Notes: generated by a model not told the origin, from the sequence alone. A stretch of 64,000 nt of DNA from Patescibacteria group bacterium (GCA_049325535.1 JBMOKY010000001.1:621942-685941), one strand, 5' to 3'; positions 37,000-47,279 are shown, numbered from the stretch's first letter. Made by a program: numbers and translations.

Positions 37000-38856
37000 A
37001 TGCGGAACGGTTCCCTAACTCGAACATCGTTTTATTTCGGCGTCGCCACTGCCGCAGTGGCGCTGATTTTCGGTTATCGGACGCTGGCCACTACTGTACC
37101 CTCAGTCGTCCAAGCGGAAATAAGCGATAGCGACATCAGTCTCATCGATGGTACCTATATTTCCGATATTCTCCACACCGAGCGTCCGTTCTCTGTGGCG
37201 GGTTTTGCATGGCGCGGCGACAGCCAGATGGTTTCATTTTCATTTCGACTGAATGACGCGAGCGGATGGAGCGAATGGTATGACGTCGAGTCAGACAGTT
37301 TCGTGGAGGTGGATGGCTATCAGTACCTGCGTGAACCATTTACGGCCGACCAAGCCACGCGTATCCAATATGAGGTAACTGCTGATGGGACACTCGATGA
37401 AATAAAACTTATCTATTTGGATCCGACTGAGTCGACTGCAACCGATGGATTCAATCTGTTTGACTGGCTTTTTAAACCGGTATCTGCCGCCAGTACACTG
37501 ACCATCATCCCCCGTTCTGGCTGGCAAGCAAACGAATCGTGGCGCTACGACAGCGAAGGTAACGAGGAATGGCCGACGGAAATAGTCACTCCGGAAAAAT
37601 TTATCGTGCATCACACCGCTGGCGATCCAGGAACCAGTGATCCGGCAAAGACGATTCAGGGAATTTACTATTGGCACGCCGTCGTATTGAAATGGGGCGA
37701 TATCGGCTACAATTATCTGATTGACCAGAATGGGAAGATCTACGAGGGCCGTGCTGGCGGGGACGGGGTCATCGGCGCACATGCCTACCGTTCCGCAGCC
37801 TGTGCCGCTTCCCGATTCGGCGGATCACAGAATGAAGCGGGATTTAACCGCGGCACTGTGGGGATCGCCATCTTGGGAAATTATGAATCCAGTTTGAAGC
37901 TGAACGATGCTGTCGCTGCCGCCCTGGCTAACCTGATCGGCACCAAAGCCGCTCTCTTCGGCATTGATCCGAGCCAATCCGGTTTTTTCGTAGATAAAAC
38001 ATACCCCCATGTGATCGGCCACAGTGACGTCGACTGCACCGATTGCCCGGGTACCAATCTCTACAGCCACTTGAGCGCCGTTCGCACCGCCGCCCATGAT
38101 ATATTTATCGCCCGAGGTGGCACCGTCGGCAGCACGCAGTACAGCTACAGCGGCGAGGTAACTCATCAAAATATCCTGCCGGCCACATTTACCGGCGCGC
38201 GGCAAACGGTGACGACGGTGGTGACAAATACCGGAACCAAAACATGGAAAAAGGGCGAGGTCAAACTCAATATCTACGACCTGGGCAGCCAGGTCAGTCG
38301 CTTCCGTGACTCCAGCTGGCCGCATCAGCACGGCGGTTTTGATTTCGTGGAATCAGAAGTAAAACCCGGCGCCACAGCTACTTTTACCAGCGTATTTACC
38401 AGCCCAAGCCAACTCGGTCAGTATTTAAATATCTACCGACTGACTGGTCCAGCACAGCTGGTACAGCAGGACGACCGTTCAATCACCCGCGTGGATTCAC
38501 GGTATCAGGCATCACTCATCAGTCAGACCCTGCCCCCTGCCCTGCTCTACACCTGGCGGCCGATGATTACCGTCCGATTCAAAAATACCGGACTGGCCAC
38601 CTGGGACCGCCACGTCACTCTGGACACGTTTGACCTGGGGGGCGCTGTCAGCCGATTCGTGGATCGCTCTTGGCCATCACGCCACACGCCTGCCGTACTC
38701 CAGGAATCGAGTGTCAAACCCGGACAAACCGGTACATTTGTCTTTCGTATCGATCCGCCCACTCCCGGTCTCTACCTGAATACTTTTTACCTGCAGCGCT
38801 GGGGTGAGCCCATCCAGGATGGTCGCTTCAGCCTGATCACCCGGGTCGACGGGTAA
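37000..38856 (+). CDS. secreted N-acetylmuramoyl-L-alanine amidase (PGRP/Amidase_2) with two C-terminal Ig-like repeats
   Basis: Signal peptide; Amidase_2 core (FIVHHTAG...GDIGYNYLID...VIGAHAY...GIAILGNY); Cys-x-x-Cys (CTDCPG); two about 115-aa repeats (TNTGTKTWKKGEVKLNIYDLGSQVSRFRDSSWP / KNTGLATWDRHVTLDTFDLGGAVSRFVDRSWP). Confidence 0.8.
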   Translation: MRNGSLTRTSFYFGVATAAVALIFGYRTLATTVPSVVQAEISDSDISLIDGTYISDILHTERPFSVAGFAWRGDSQMVSFSFRLNDASGWSEWYDVESDSFVEVDGYQYLREPFTADQATRIQYEVTADGTLDEIKLIYLDPTESTATDGFNLFDWLFKPVSAASTLTIIPRSGWQANESWRYDSEGNEEWPTEIVTPEKFIVHHTAGDPGTSDPAKTIQGIYYWHAVVLKWGDIGYNYLIDQNGKIYEGRAGGDGVIGAHAYRSAACAASRFGGSQNEAGFNRGTVGIAILGNYESSLKLNDAVAAALANLIGTKAALFGIDPSQSGFFVDKTYPHVIGHSDVDCTDCPGTNLYSHLSAVRTAAHDIFIARGGTVGSTQYSYSGEVTHQNILPATFTGARQTVTTVVTNTGTKTWKKGEVKLNIYDLGSQVSRFRDSSWPHQHGGFDFVESEVKPGATATFTSVFTSPSQLGQYLNIYRLTGPAQLVQQDDRSITRVDSRYQASLISQTLPPALLYTWRPMITVRFKNTGLATWDRHVTLDTFDLGGAVSRFVDRSWPSRHTPAVLQESSVKPGQTGTFVFRIDPPTPGLYLNTFYLQRWGEPIQDGRFSLITRVDG

Positions 38857-38875
38857 TGGCATACCGAGTCTCTCC

Positions 38876-38900
38876 AAACCCGCCGTATGGCGGGTTTTTT
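38876..38900 (+). terminator. rho-independent terminator
   Basis: AAACCCGCC-GTAT-GGCGGGTTTTTT. Confidence 0.65.
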
Positions 38901-39003
38901 ATCTACATCACTTGACACTGCGCCTGGGTGTCCACTAAGATTGCTGCAAACAACAGAGTTCTTGGAAAACCAATCATAGCGCTCGTACCGAAGGAGGTTC
39001 TCG

Positions 39004-39438
39004 ATGGATCAAATGAAACATGTGCTGATCGCGGCTGACCATGGCGGATTTCCGCTGAAGGAACAGCTAACGGAGGATTTACGGCAGCGCGGATACCAGG
39101 TCACGGACTATGGCACGGCCAATCACGATTCGGTGGACTACCCCGACTTTGCCGATCGCGTTTGCCGAGATATCAGCCCCAACACCTGCGGCATACTCAT
39201 CTGCGGAACCGGTATCGGCATGTCCATGGCGGCAAATCGCCACCGCCATGTACGCGCGGCACTGTGTACCAGTGTCCGGATGGCTCTGCTCTCCCGCCAG
39301 CACAACGACGCCAATGTGCTGTGTCTCGGCGCGCGGACGACCCAGCCATCCACTGCCCTGGAGATCGTCCTGGCCTGGCTGGATACCGAATTCAGCGGCG
39401 AACCGCGCCATCGCCAGCGCATCAAAAAATTCTCCTGA
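39004..39438 (+). CDS. rpiB: ribose-5-phosphate isomerase B (RpiB/LacAB family)
   Basis: ADHGGFPLKE, GILICGTGIGMSMAANR and catalytic-region conservation; SD GAAGGAGG upstream. Confidence 0.85.
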   Translation: MDQMKHVLIAADHGGFPLKEQLTEDLRQRGYQVTDYGTANHDSVDYPDFADRVCRDISPNTCGILICGTGIGMSMAANRHRHVRAALCTSVRMALLSRQHNDANVLCLGARTTQPSTALEIVLAWLDTEFSGEPRHRQRIKKFS

Positions 39439-39464
39439 TTCATGTTCTACTCGGAGGATGTATG

Positions 39465-39497
39465 GCCCGGAACAATTACCGTTCCGGGCATTTTTTT
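39465..39497 (+). terminator. rho-independent terminator
   Basis: GCCCGGAAC-AATTACC-GTTCCGGGC followed by a T-run. Confidence 0.6.
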
Positions 39498-40446
39498 AGT
39501 CCGCGGCTACAAACCGAAGCTCATCCGGAGAAATGCCAAATCCTTCGATGATGGTATCATCATAGGCCTGTAACTCTTCACCCATGAAAGTAATTTTAGT
39601 CTGGCCAGTATAGTGCCGCAGCGGTATGTAATCGAAGCGGCCAAAAACATAATTGAGCAGCTCAAAGCCACCGGTGAATTTGATCATACCCTTGATGCGG
39701 TAAAACTCGGTCCGGGGGAGCGCGCGCAGTGCCGCGTCTACTTGTTCCCGGGTAAATGTCCGGTCGCTGACCAATTCTGCGATTTCCACCTCCTGCTCAT
39801 GGTGATGCACGTTCCGACCCGCATTTGCCGCGTCCACTTCCGCCTGGGTCATGAATAATTTCGTGTCCAAACCGAATATCAGATCTGGACTGATCATCCC
39901 ATGGTCGGTCTTTACTTTTGGCGTATGTGGATTGAGCTCATATACATCATCCAGGGTCTGGTCCAGCGTTCGCTCATCCACCTGTTCGTGTTTATTGATC
40001 AGGATCAAATCAGTATACTCCGCCTGAATTTTTGCGGTAAAGCTTTTGTCAGCGTAGCCTTCGAAATTAATAGCGTCGATGACGGTCACGATCGAGTCAA
40101 GTTTTAGCCGGTCTCCCATTTTTCGTATCTCCAGGGCGATCGGCGCTGGATACGCCGAGCCTGACGTCTCGATGATAATCCGGTCGGGATGATACTGTTT
40201 GAGCAGCTCATCGATGGCATTGCCCATTTTCCCCACCAAAATGCAGCACAGGCAGCCATTCAGCATCTCAGTGACTTTGATATTTGATTCTTTGGCGAGC
40301 TGTGAATCCACCGCCACGTCGCCGAATTCATTCTTGAGCCAAACCATATTGTACCCGACTGGCATCTGCTTGATCAGATTCAGTATAATCGTGGTCTTGC
40401 CACTGCCCAAGTACCCGGTAAATACGGTGACGGGGATTTTTTCCAT
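39496..40446 (-). CDS. CobW/P47K-family G3E GTPase (metal chaperone-like); start at MEKIPV, the ORF extends to 40500
   Basis: P-loop GYLGSGKTT, CxCC motif (GCLCCIL), C-terminal CobW_C-like domain. Confidence 0.8.
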   Translation of the reverse strand: MEKIPVTVFTGYLGSGKTTIILNLIKQMPVGYNMVWLKNEFGDVAVDSQLAKESNIKVTEMLNGCLCCILVGKMGNAIDELLKQYHPDRIIIETSGSAYPAPIALEIRKMGDRLKLDSIVTVIDAINFEGYADKSFTAKIQAEYTDLILINKHEQVDERTLDQTLDDVYELNPHTPKVKTDHGMISPDLIFGLDTKLFMTQAEVDAANAGRNVHHHEQEVEIAELVSDRTFTREQVDAALRALPRTEFYRIKGMIKFTGGFELLNYVFGRFDYIPLRHYTGQTKITFMGEELQAYDDTIIEGFGISPDELRFVAAD

Positions 40447-40447
40447 A

Positions 40448-41653
40448 TTACGTCTGCGATGGCGCGGCTGATGCCCGATCCATGACTTGACGCGCTCCAT
40501 AATGGATTAGTAATATCGCAAACAACGCCCCAGCGGCGCTGATAAAACTGACGTGGAATACGTACACAGCCACTACCAAACCAGTATACAGTATTACTTT
40601 TGAAAACATGGAGGAGGCATTGCGATAGGTCGACGCGGATAAAGGATCGATCCGCTCACCTTTTTCGAAAAGCGTGCTCATGACCGGGACGCTGATCATG
40701 ACCGAGCAAAAACCAACCACAAAAATACTGGCGTATAAAAATATCGAATCGTCGACACCCAGCCGCAGGAGCCACAGCAAACCGGCTATGAATGAACCGA
40801 TGATAATACTGTAGACACGGTGTGATCGCTGGATCCGACCGGCGAAAAAAGTAAATATAATCATAGCCGCCGCGCCCAGTACAGCCACCGCCGCTACCGA
40901 TTCGACGTTCCCCAGCAGCAAAAAAAGGAAAATCGGGAAGAGCTCAAGTTCCGCACTCATATGGACGCCATAGAGCATGGTGGAGACGTAATCCCGCGCT
41001 ACCTCCCACCTGCCAAAAAAACTGCGGAACGGCTGTGATGGTGCGGTTGGGCGATCAGGTACGCCGCGGATGCGGAACAATGGGATGATGGACAACGCTA
41101 CCACCGCCGCGCTTACATAAATCAGCACCTGATCACCAAACAAGATGATCAACCCCGCTCCGATCGCCGGAGCCAATACCTCGGCCAATTGCTGGACGAT
41201 AAAAAGGCCGCTGGTATCCCGGGAGATGTTTTGCTTGTGTTTGCTGCACACCATGAAATAATATAGGTGCGCTACCCAGTACAAAGCGTCATACGCCGCA
41301 GCAAATACAGCAATCATCACCACGATCCCCCAGTGATCCGGCGACAGCCCCGACAGACTGAGGAAGTACGCCAGCATGAATAGTGAACCCATGATGATCA
41401 CCAGACGTGCGCCCACTCGTTTGATCAGCCATCGCGATAGGAAATTGAGCGGTACGTCGATAGCATTGAATATCAAAAAATATACCATCACCTCACCAAC
41501 GGCATACCCCGCCTGAAGCAGAAGGATAGGAACGAAAATCGAAATCAGTGATCGGGCGAAAGTGTGCATCCATACCGACCACTCAAAAAGCCCAAGTGAC
41601 GAGTGGAGCGCCCGGCTCAGACGGAGGCTGTGATGTGCGTGTGAATGATGCAT
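40448..41653 (-). CDS. MFS transporter (12 TM)
   Basis: About 12 TM helices with MFS loop 2-3 motif (RWLIKRVGAR). Confidence 0.7.
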   Translation of the reverse strand: MHHSHAHHSLRLSRALHSSLGLFEWSVWMHTFARSLISIFVPILLLQAGYAVGEVMVYFLIFNAIDVPLNFLSRWLIKRVGARLVIIMGSLFMLAYFLSLSGLSPDHWGIVVMIAVFAAAYDALYWVAHLYYFMVCSKHKQNISRDTSGLFIVQQLAEVLAPAIGAGLIILFGDQVLIYVSAAVVALSIIPLFRIRGVPDRPTAPSQPFRSFFGRWEVARDYVSTMLYGVHMSAELELFPIFLFLLLGNVESVAAVAVLGAAAMIIFTFFAGRIQRSHRVYSIIIGSFIAGLLWLLRLGVDDSIFLYASIFVVGFCSVMISVPVMSTLFEKGERIDPLSASTYRNASSMFSKVILYTGLVVAVYVFHVSFISAAGALFAILLIHYGARQVMDRASAAPSQT

Positions 41654-41656
41654 GAA

Positions 41657-42244
41657 CTACAATATATGTTTACGGAGCGAAACGATGTAGCTGGCGCTCC
41701 CAATACACAACAGCGCCATCACCACGAATATAGTATCAAAACTGGTCAGCGTAACGATAATACCGCCCACCAGCGCACCACCGGCGATAGTGAAATAATT
41801 CATCATTTCCCACCGGCCCCACTCACTCCCCTGCGCGTGTTTCGTCAGGTGTCGGGAATACACACCGTCAAATGCCGGTGAGTACACGGCCTCACCGATG
41901 CCGATGACTACCTGCGCAAAGAGTAAATGTCCGATGGAGCTCGCCTGGGTCAGCACCAAATATCCCACGCCCATCATCAGATATCCGGCGACGATCACAA
42001 ATTCACCGCGTTTCATGCGATCGGCAAACCGGCCGGATACGTACGCCGTCACCCCAGCCGATGCGGCAAAAACCGCTCCGGCCAGGCTGGCATCAAGCAA
42101 ATCACCGCCGACGTCCTTCACAAACAGAGCGTAAATCGGCCCGAGCATGGCGCCGGCGATGAGCACCAGGCCATTGGTGACCAGGAGAATATTGAGAGCG
42201 CGCGTATTGGCCCGCCGACGAAATAAGTAATTAAACAAACTCAT
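41657..42244 (-). CDS. MFS transporter N-terminal-half protein (6 TM) or gene fragment
   Basis: Six TM helices with MFS motif A (GRFADRMKRGE); ends with TAG 3 nt before the next MFS gene. Confidence 0.5.
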   Translation of the reverse strand: MSLFNYLFRRRANTRALNILLVTNGLVLIAGAMLGPIYALFVKDVGGDLLDASLAGAVFAASAGVTAYVSGRFADRMKRGEFVIVAGYLMMGVGYLVLTQASSIGHLLFAQVVIGIGEAVYSPAFDGVYSRHLTKHAQGSEWGRWEMMNYFTIAGGALVGGIIVTLTSFDTIFVVMALLCIGSASYIVSLRKHIL

Positions 42245-42254
42245 GTGATAATAG

Positions 42255-42818
42255 CTATATTTTGCCGACTAACGCGATGTCCGGCTTCAGCGTTTTGTCA
42301 CCCGGTTTCCAGCTGGCTGGGCATACTTCACCGGCATGTTCATGCACGTACTGAGACGCCTGTAATTTGCGGTAAATTTCTTCGATCGAGCGGCCGATGC
42401 TGTTGTCATGGATATCCATGGCGCGCAATCGTCCCTCCGGATCGATGATCAACGAAGCGCGCAGCGACAGCCCTTCATCCTCGAGATAGGTGCCAAACGC
42501 TCGGCACACCTGGCCGGTTGGATCGGCAAGCATGGGAAAAGTTATTTTATGAATGGCTTTTGATTCATCGTGCCACGCTTTGTGCACGTACGCCGTATCA
42601 GTACTGATACTGACGATTTCAGCATTGATCGCCTGAAAGCGATCATAATAATCTGCGGCCGCTGACAGTTCCGTCGGGCAGACAAACGTAAAATCAGCGG
42701 GGTAAAATAGCATCACCAGCCATCTGCCGCGATACTCCGACAATCGTATCTTGTGAAAATCATTTTTATAAAAAGACTCTAACTCAAAATCCGGGATTTC
42801 CCTGCCAATCAAGACCAT
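42255..42818 (-). CDS. peroxiredoxin (AhpC/TSA family)
   Basis: Peroxidatic Cys motif FYPADFTFVCPTE, thioredoxin fold length about 187 aa. Confidence 0.85.
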   Translation of the reverse strand: MVLIGREIPDFELESFYKNDFHKIRLSEYRGRWLVMLFYPADFTFVCPTELSAAADYYDRFQAINAEIVSISTDTAYVHKAWHDESKAIHKITFPMLADPTGQVCRAFGTYLEDEGLSLRASLIIDPEGRLRAMDIHDNSIGRSIEEIYRKLQASQYVHEHAGEVCPASWKPGDKTLKPDIALVGKI

Positions 42819-42839
42819 ACATCGATCTAATTTATTTTT

Positions 42840-43895
42840 TTAATTTCCAGCCGCTTTTGGCTGTTCGTATTTCAGGTATAACTCTATGGTCGTCACCAAT
42901 AAAATCATAATCACCGGTCCATAGATGAATCCAAGCATGCCAAATACCTGTAAACCGCCTAGCACCCCGATCAATACCAGTGCCGGATGGAGTGATGCCT
43001 TCTTCGACACCAGTTTTGGCCGGAGATAATTATCGATATTACTGGTGATCAGCAGATTCGTGCCGATCAAAAAGAACCCCTGCCATAGATTGCCGGTAAA
43101 GATGAGAAATAGCGCGATTGGCAGAACCACCACTGTGGCTCCGAGCATGGGGATGATGCCGACGAACAACATCAGTATCATCCAGAAAAGTATATAATCA
43201 ACACCAGCGATGACCAAGAAAACTGCGGAAGCAAGCGCCTGGACAAAGGCGATAAAGAATGTCCCTTTGACCATTGACCGAGACATTTCCACGATCCGTG
43301 TCAGATACATCTGATCGACGCGGTCATCCATGGGGCTGAGGCGCTCGATAAATTTCAAGAACTTATGCTGTACCGGAAATAGGGAAAAGAGTACGACGAT
43401 ATATATGAATGCGGAAGTAAACGCGGTGGCAGCGCCGGAACCGATTTTTGGCAGCTGCCGCACGAAAAACTGCCCGATGTTTCCGGCAAATGTCTTCAGC
43501 TCGGCTTGAACGTCTTCGAGCTGGATCTCATACGTCACGCCAATCGTCTCCAGTGCGCTATTGCCCAGTCGTACTACCTCCTGCACATCTAGCGTCCCCT
43601 GGCCCGAGAGATCGTTGTTGAACTGCACGATTTGATTGACCGTAGCGGCTATGACCAGCGAAACGGGAATGATAACCGCGACGATCACTACAAGGACGGT
43701 AACAAAACTTGCTGATTTTGCCCGGCCATGAAACGCGTGGTGAAAGTATTCGTATACCGGTTTAAAAAATAAAGCGGTGATAAAAGCTAATACAACGGCG
43801 GATACAAACGGACGCATTACCAAGAAAGATAATGCCACGACGATCACCACCAACACGTAAAAAAAAGGTTGTTTACGCAGAGTTTCCATATTCAT
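42840..43895 (-). CDS. AI-2E family transporter (PerM/UPF0118)
   Basis: Eight TM helices with AI-2E-type arrangement and conserved C-terminal TM block. Confidence 0.75.
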   Translation of the reverse strand: MNMETLRKQPFFYVLVVIVVALSFLVMRPFVSAVVLAFITALFFKPVYEYFHHAFHGRAKSASFVTVLVVIVAVIIPVSLVIAATVNQIVQFNNDLSGQGTLDVQEVVRLGNSALETIGVTYEIQLEDVQAELKTFAGNIGQFFVRQLPKIGSGAATAFTSAFIYIVVLFSLFPVQHKFLKFIERLSPMDDRVDQMYLTRIVEMSRSMVKGTFFIAFVQALASAVFLVIAGVDYILFWMILMLFVGIIPMLGATVVVLPIALFLIFTGNLWQGFFLIGTNLLITSNIDNYLRPKLVSKKASLHPALVLIGVLGGLQVFGMLGFIYGPVIMILLVTTIELYLKYEQPKAAGN

Positions 43896-44131
43896 GCCAT
43901 AATTATAGCATTTTTTTAAACATTTGTCGAACCTGCTTCACGCCCGTACTGACAGAACCCGGATGCGTGACTAACATGAATTAAAATTCCACGTACGTAC
44001 TACTATCTACGATTACTAGTAATAGATTGCATGCACCGCTGGTCAATCAGCTACCGATATCGCTATGACGAGGAGACTAAAACACCGACCGCACACAATA
44101 CGATCGGTGTTTTTTATGCATATCGTGAGAC

Positions 44132-44635
44132 CTATTCGCTATCGCCGGTGGTCAGGATAATGATGGTAATTCCGTCGGCTTCGGAAATTCCGACAGTCAT
44201 CATCCGATTATCTTTTTCACCGCTCATGCTGACCGTATCGCCCATATCGAGCGATGCCAGCACATTCCATCCATCATCAGCCATTGCCGATTCATATTCA
44301 CCCTTCAGCTGGCTGACCGGTACGTCAGTCTGGATGCTCACTGAGTATCCGTTGTTTTCATCCACCGTGGTCGCCGCCGTGATGGTGCCATCAGCTACAT
44401 GGACATCGGTCGGAAAACCATCGGGCAGTGACACGCTTTCACCTGCCTGAAAAGTGGCACCATTCGTATTGATGGTCACCGTATCGTTATCGAAATCGAC
44501 GTCCGCCTCGCCATTGGTCGATTGCTCGACGGCCGTTTCCGCTACTTTTTCCGCGGGGCTGGTGCAGGCGCTGAGCACCACTGCCATGGCGATTATTCCC
44601 ATCGTTAGAAAAACCTTGTACATAGGCGTATTCAC
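44132..44635 (-). CDS. hypothetical lipoprotein
   Basis: Signal peptide with lipobox LSAC; D/T/G-rich beta-rich body. Confidence 0.5.
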   Translation of the reverse strand: MNTPMYKVFLTMGIIAMAVVLSACTSPAEKVAETAVEQSTNGEADVDFDNDTVTINTNGATFQAGESVSLPDGFPTDVHVADGTITAATTVDENNGYSVSIQTDVPVSQLKGEYESAMADDGWNVLASLDMGDTVSMSGEKDNRMMTVGISEADGITIIILTTGDSE

Positions 44636-44765
44636 GTTAATGATAGTGGCCTAAGTATAGCAGAAAAAGAACCTCACTGCACGCACCACCACAAAACGTG
44701 TCGCCGCATGCCGCATCACGGTACGCGTAAAAGCCTGTGGTCTTCCCCGGCATTATGAAAATACA

Positions 44766-45944
44766 TCACAACCGCCCCGCGCAGTAGTATTCATGGCACT
44801 CACTTTCATCCAGCAAATAGTCGAGTGCCAGTCGATCTAAAATTTGACGCGCGATAACCGGATCGGAAATGAGATGCGGCTGGCTGTAATCATCGATCTC
44901 TACCGGTATCACCCGCACATCCACTACTGCTTCATGATCCAGCGTGATATCCAGTGCTATCCCCCGGCGGGTGTCCACTGACCACATCTGGTCAAATATG
45001 TAATTCCCCAGACTGTAAAAAATATATTTACCTCGGTATACTTCGGCGGTCTGTACCACATGCGGATGGTGTCCAATCACCAGATCAGCGCCCGCATCGA
45101 TTGCCGCGTGAGCAAAATCCGTCTGTCGGACACTCGGTAACGGTACATACTCATTTCCGGCGTGCATGGTGACGATGACCACGTCGGCCAGATCACGGAC
45201 GGCACCAACCGCCGTCTGCATCATCTCAATATCCATCAAGGCGGTTCCAGCATGCTCATCACCAGAAAAATACGAATCCGGCACCACGTCCGTATCATTA
45301 TAGGCCAAAAAAGCTACGGTCAAATCCCGGACGCGTCGTATGGCTGGCGACTCCGCCTCTATGCGATCCATGCCCGCGCCGGTGTGTGCGATTCCAGCAG
45401 CATCCAATGCCTCGAGCGTATCCCAAATACCGTCGCTCCCCTGATTGGGCAGATGATTATTGGCCAATCCAACCACGTCAAATCCAGCGTCGGCCAAAGC
45501 CTGCGCCCATTCCGTATCAGCCCGAAACACCATACTCTCCGTGACGACTGAATCACCCGGCGTCAGCGGGGATTCCAGATTCCCCATGGTGATGTCCGCG
45601 GATTGCAGAATATCCAGAGTCCGCGCGAACGGGTATGTATACCCGGTGCGCCGTTTGCTGACCGACTCCACGTCCCGCCCAAACATCATATCGCCGACAA
45701 ATAGAACTGACACCGGTTCGCTGATTTCCTGAGCGTGGGTTTGTACCACTGACCAATCCCGACAGCGTCCTTCGTCATTGAGGGAAATCACGCCGGTACA
45801 ATTGAGCATCAGCAGTGTCAGGGTACTGATGCTGATCAGCACCAAACCGGCAATCGTGGCGATAACGCTTGCCATATGTGCCCGAGAAGCATTTTTTTGA
45901 TTTTTTTGTGCCATTTCTCGCGCCATGGATACAGTATAGCACAA
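44766..45944 (-). CDS. CapA-family metallophosphatase (poly-gamma-glutamate capsule synthesis-like)
   Basis: N-terminal anchor; calcineurin-like motifs (VLFVGDMMFGRD, GLANNH, VTMHAGNEY, IGHHPH). Confidence 0.75.
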   Translation of the reverse strand: MCYTVSMAREMAQKNQKNASRAHMASVIATIAGLVLISISTLTLLMLNCTGVISLNDEGRCRDWSVVQTHAQEISEPVSVLFVGDMMFGRDVESVSKRRTGYTYPFARTLDILQSADITMGNLESPLTPGDSVVTESMVFRADTEWAQALADAGFDVVGLANNHLPNQGSDGIWDTLEALDAAGIAHTGAGMDRIEAESPAIRRVRDLTVAFLAYNDTDVVPDSYFSGDEHAGTALMDIEMMQTAVGAVRDLADVVIVTMHAGNEYVPLPSVRQTDFAHAAIDAGADLVIGHHPHVVQTAEVYRGKYIFYSLGNYIFDQMWSVDTRRGIALDITLDHEAVVDVRVIPVEIDDYSQPHLISDPVIARQILDRLALDYLLDESECHEYYCAGRL

Positions 45945-46065
45945 TGAAAATAAAAAAACTGCGCGCGTATCACAGTTACTATTGACGAACCAGCGGTAAT
46001 GCTCTATGGTACATTGTTACTCATAAGTTCTTTACACAAAAACCTCACGAAAGGAGGTGATCATC

Positions 46066-46578
46066 GTGAAGTGGGTAAAGGCGGCGGTAATTCTTTGGCT
46101 CATGCTGCTTGCCACCGGCGGAATCGCCATTCAATTTGAATCTGAAACAGCGCAAACCATCGCTCAGATCTCGCTGTTCCTGTTTGCCCTTCCTTTTTAC
46201 CTCGGGATTATCGTCCTCATCATCTATGGCACATATGTTCATGAAAAAAATGGAAATGAACAGCGATCACGAGAAGCGGCATCGAAGCGAGTCGAAGCGG
46301 AAGAAACGCTCAAGCGGCTAATCGCGGAACGCGACCCGCGGGTGGTCGAGTACGTGGACATGAGTAAACAACCAGTCCCTCTCGACAAACAAGCTCCCCA
46401 GAGCACACGCTGGCAAGACGGATGGGATTTCATGAACAAACGAGTCCCCAATTTCAGGGAAACGTACGAGAAAGACGAAACCATAAACGAAGCGCTCAGC
46501 GAATGCCGATGCAAGGAACTGGGCTCGACCTGCCTCCACTGCTCTTGGATTATGTGCGGCTTTGCTGATGATGATTAG
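46066..46578 (+). CDS. hypothetical membrane protein (GTG start with SD AAGGAGG; the track starts it at 46057)
   Basis: Two TM helices then a charged helical region and a C-terminal Cys cluster (CRCKELGSTCLHCSWIMC); terminator follows. Confidence 0.45.
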   Translation: MKWVKAAVILWLMLLATGGIAIQFESETAQTIAQISLFLFALPFYLGIIVLIIYGTYVHEKNGNEQRSREAASKRVEAEETLKRLIAERDPRVVEYVDMSKQPVPLDKQAPQSTRWQDGWDFMNKRVPNFRETYEKDETINEALSECRCKELGSTCLHCSWIMCGFADDD

Positions 46579-46580
46579 TG

Positions 46581-46618
46581 AGAGGTTTGCACGCTTAGGC
46601 GTGCGAGCCTCTTTTTTT
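46581..46618 (+). terminator. rho-independent terminator
   Basis: AGAGGTTTGCACGC-TTAG-GCGTGCGAGCCTCT followed by TTTTTTT. Confidence 0.55.
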
Positions 46619-47279
46619 ATTTTTTCCTACCTAAATCCGCCACCACTGCAACTATCCCTTCGACCTGCCCCTGCGACAGCCGTGCTGGCCGATTGGTGAT
46701 AACTTCACCAAGCCACCGCCGACCGATCACATATACTCCATCCACCGGCCGCTGACCAAAACCTATTTTTACTCGGTAAGCAAATACGACCACCGGTAAT
46801 ACAAATACCTGCCACTGCATTTGCTCCCTCAGATACTGGCCAAGTCCCGCCGCCTCACCCCGCATCTGCCGCAGTACGTCCTTTTCAAAATACTGATTAT
46901 TACGCGTGAGTAGTCCGTGATTTAATCCGATGACACCACGATGACTTTTTACTTCAATAGTCCACACTCCACTCGGACCCACCACTACAAAATCAATATT
47001 CCACTGCTGACCGGGCAACCGCACGTCCTGAAAGACATGATATTCATGTGGTAACCGCCGCAGGGCATACCATATTGCTCCCTCACCCTTTTGCCCCCGT
47101 GTATACTGATCTGCCTTATCGAACGCCCGATTCCCGAATCGATATAGCACCAAACTTACCACAATAAACACAGCTGAAACCCACCAGTATTTAGCAACAT
47201 CATCGATATGCTCAAAATACAATGTTGCACAAACCGTTAATATCACCAACACCAATAGAGCCCAAACGCGATATGACAC
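46617..47279 (-). CDS. NERD-domain (nuclease-related) membrane-anchored protein
   Basis: N-terminal two TM helices, then NERD signature (GEGAIWYAL...YHVFQDVRL...IDFVVVGPSGVWTIEVKSHRG). Confidence 0.7.
   Translation of the reverse strand: MSYRVWALLVLVILTVCATLYFEHIDDVAKYWWVSAVFIVVSLVLYRFGNRAFDKADQYTRGQKGEGAIWYALRRLPHEYHVFQDVRLPGQQWNIDFVVVGPSGVWTIEVKSHRGVIGLNHGLLTRNNQYFEKDVLRQMRGEAAGLGQYLREQMQWQVFVLPVVVFAYRVKIGFGQRPVDGVYVIGRRWLGEVITNRPARLSQGQVEGIVAVVADLGRKK

Noticed and set aside
41657-42244. Possibility that the two adjacent MFS ORFs are one frameshifted gene
   Set aside because: The upstream ORF ends in an in-frame TAG, not a frame change, and each ORF carries its own complete MFS N-terminal motif A; kept as two genes with a note.
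44078-44120. Hairpin CACCGA-N14-TCGGTG with plus-strand T6 in the AI-2E/lipoprotein intergenic region, considered as an orphan plus-strand sRNA terminator
   Set aside because: No convincing plus-strand promoter or gene upstream; more simply a (weak, U4) terminator for the minus-strand lipoprotein gene or a bidirectional hairpin.
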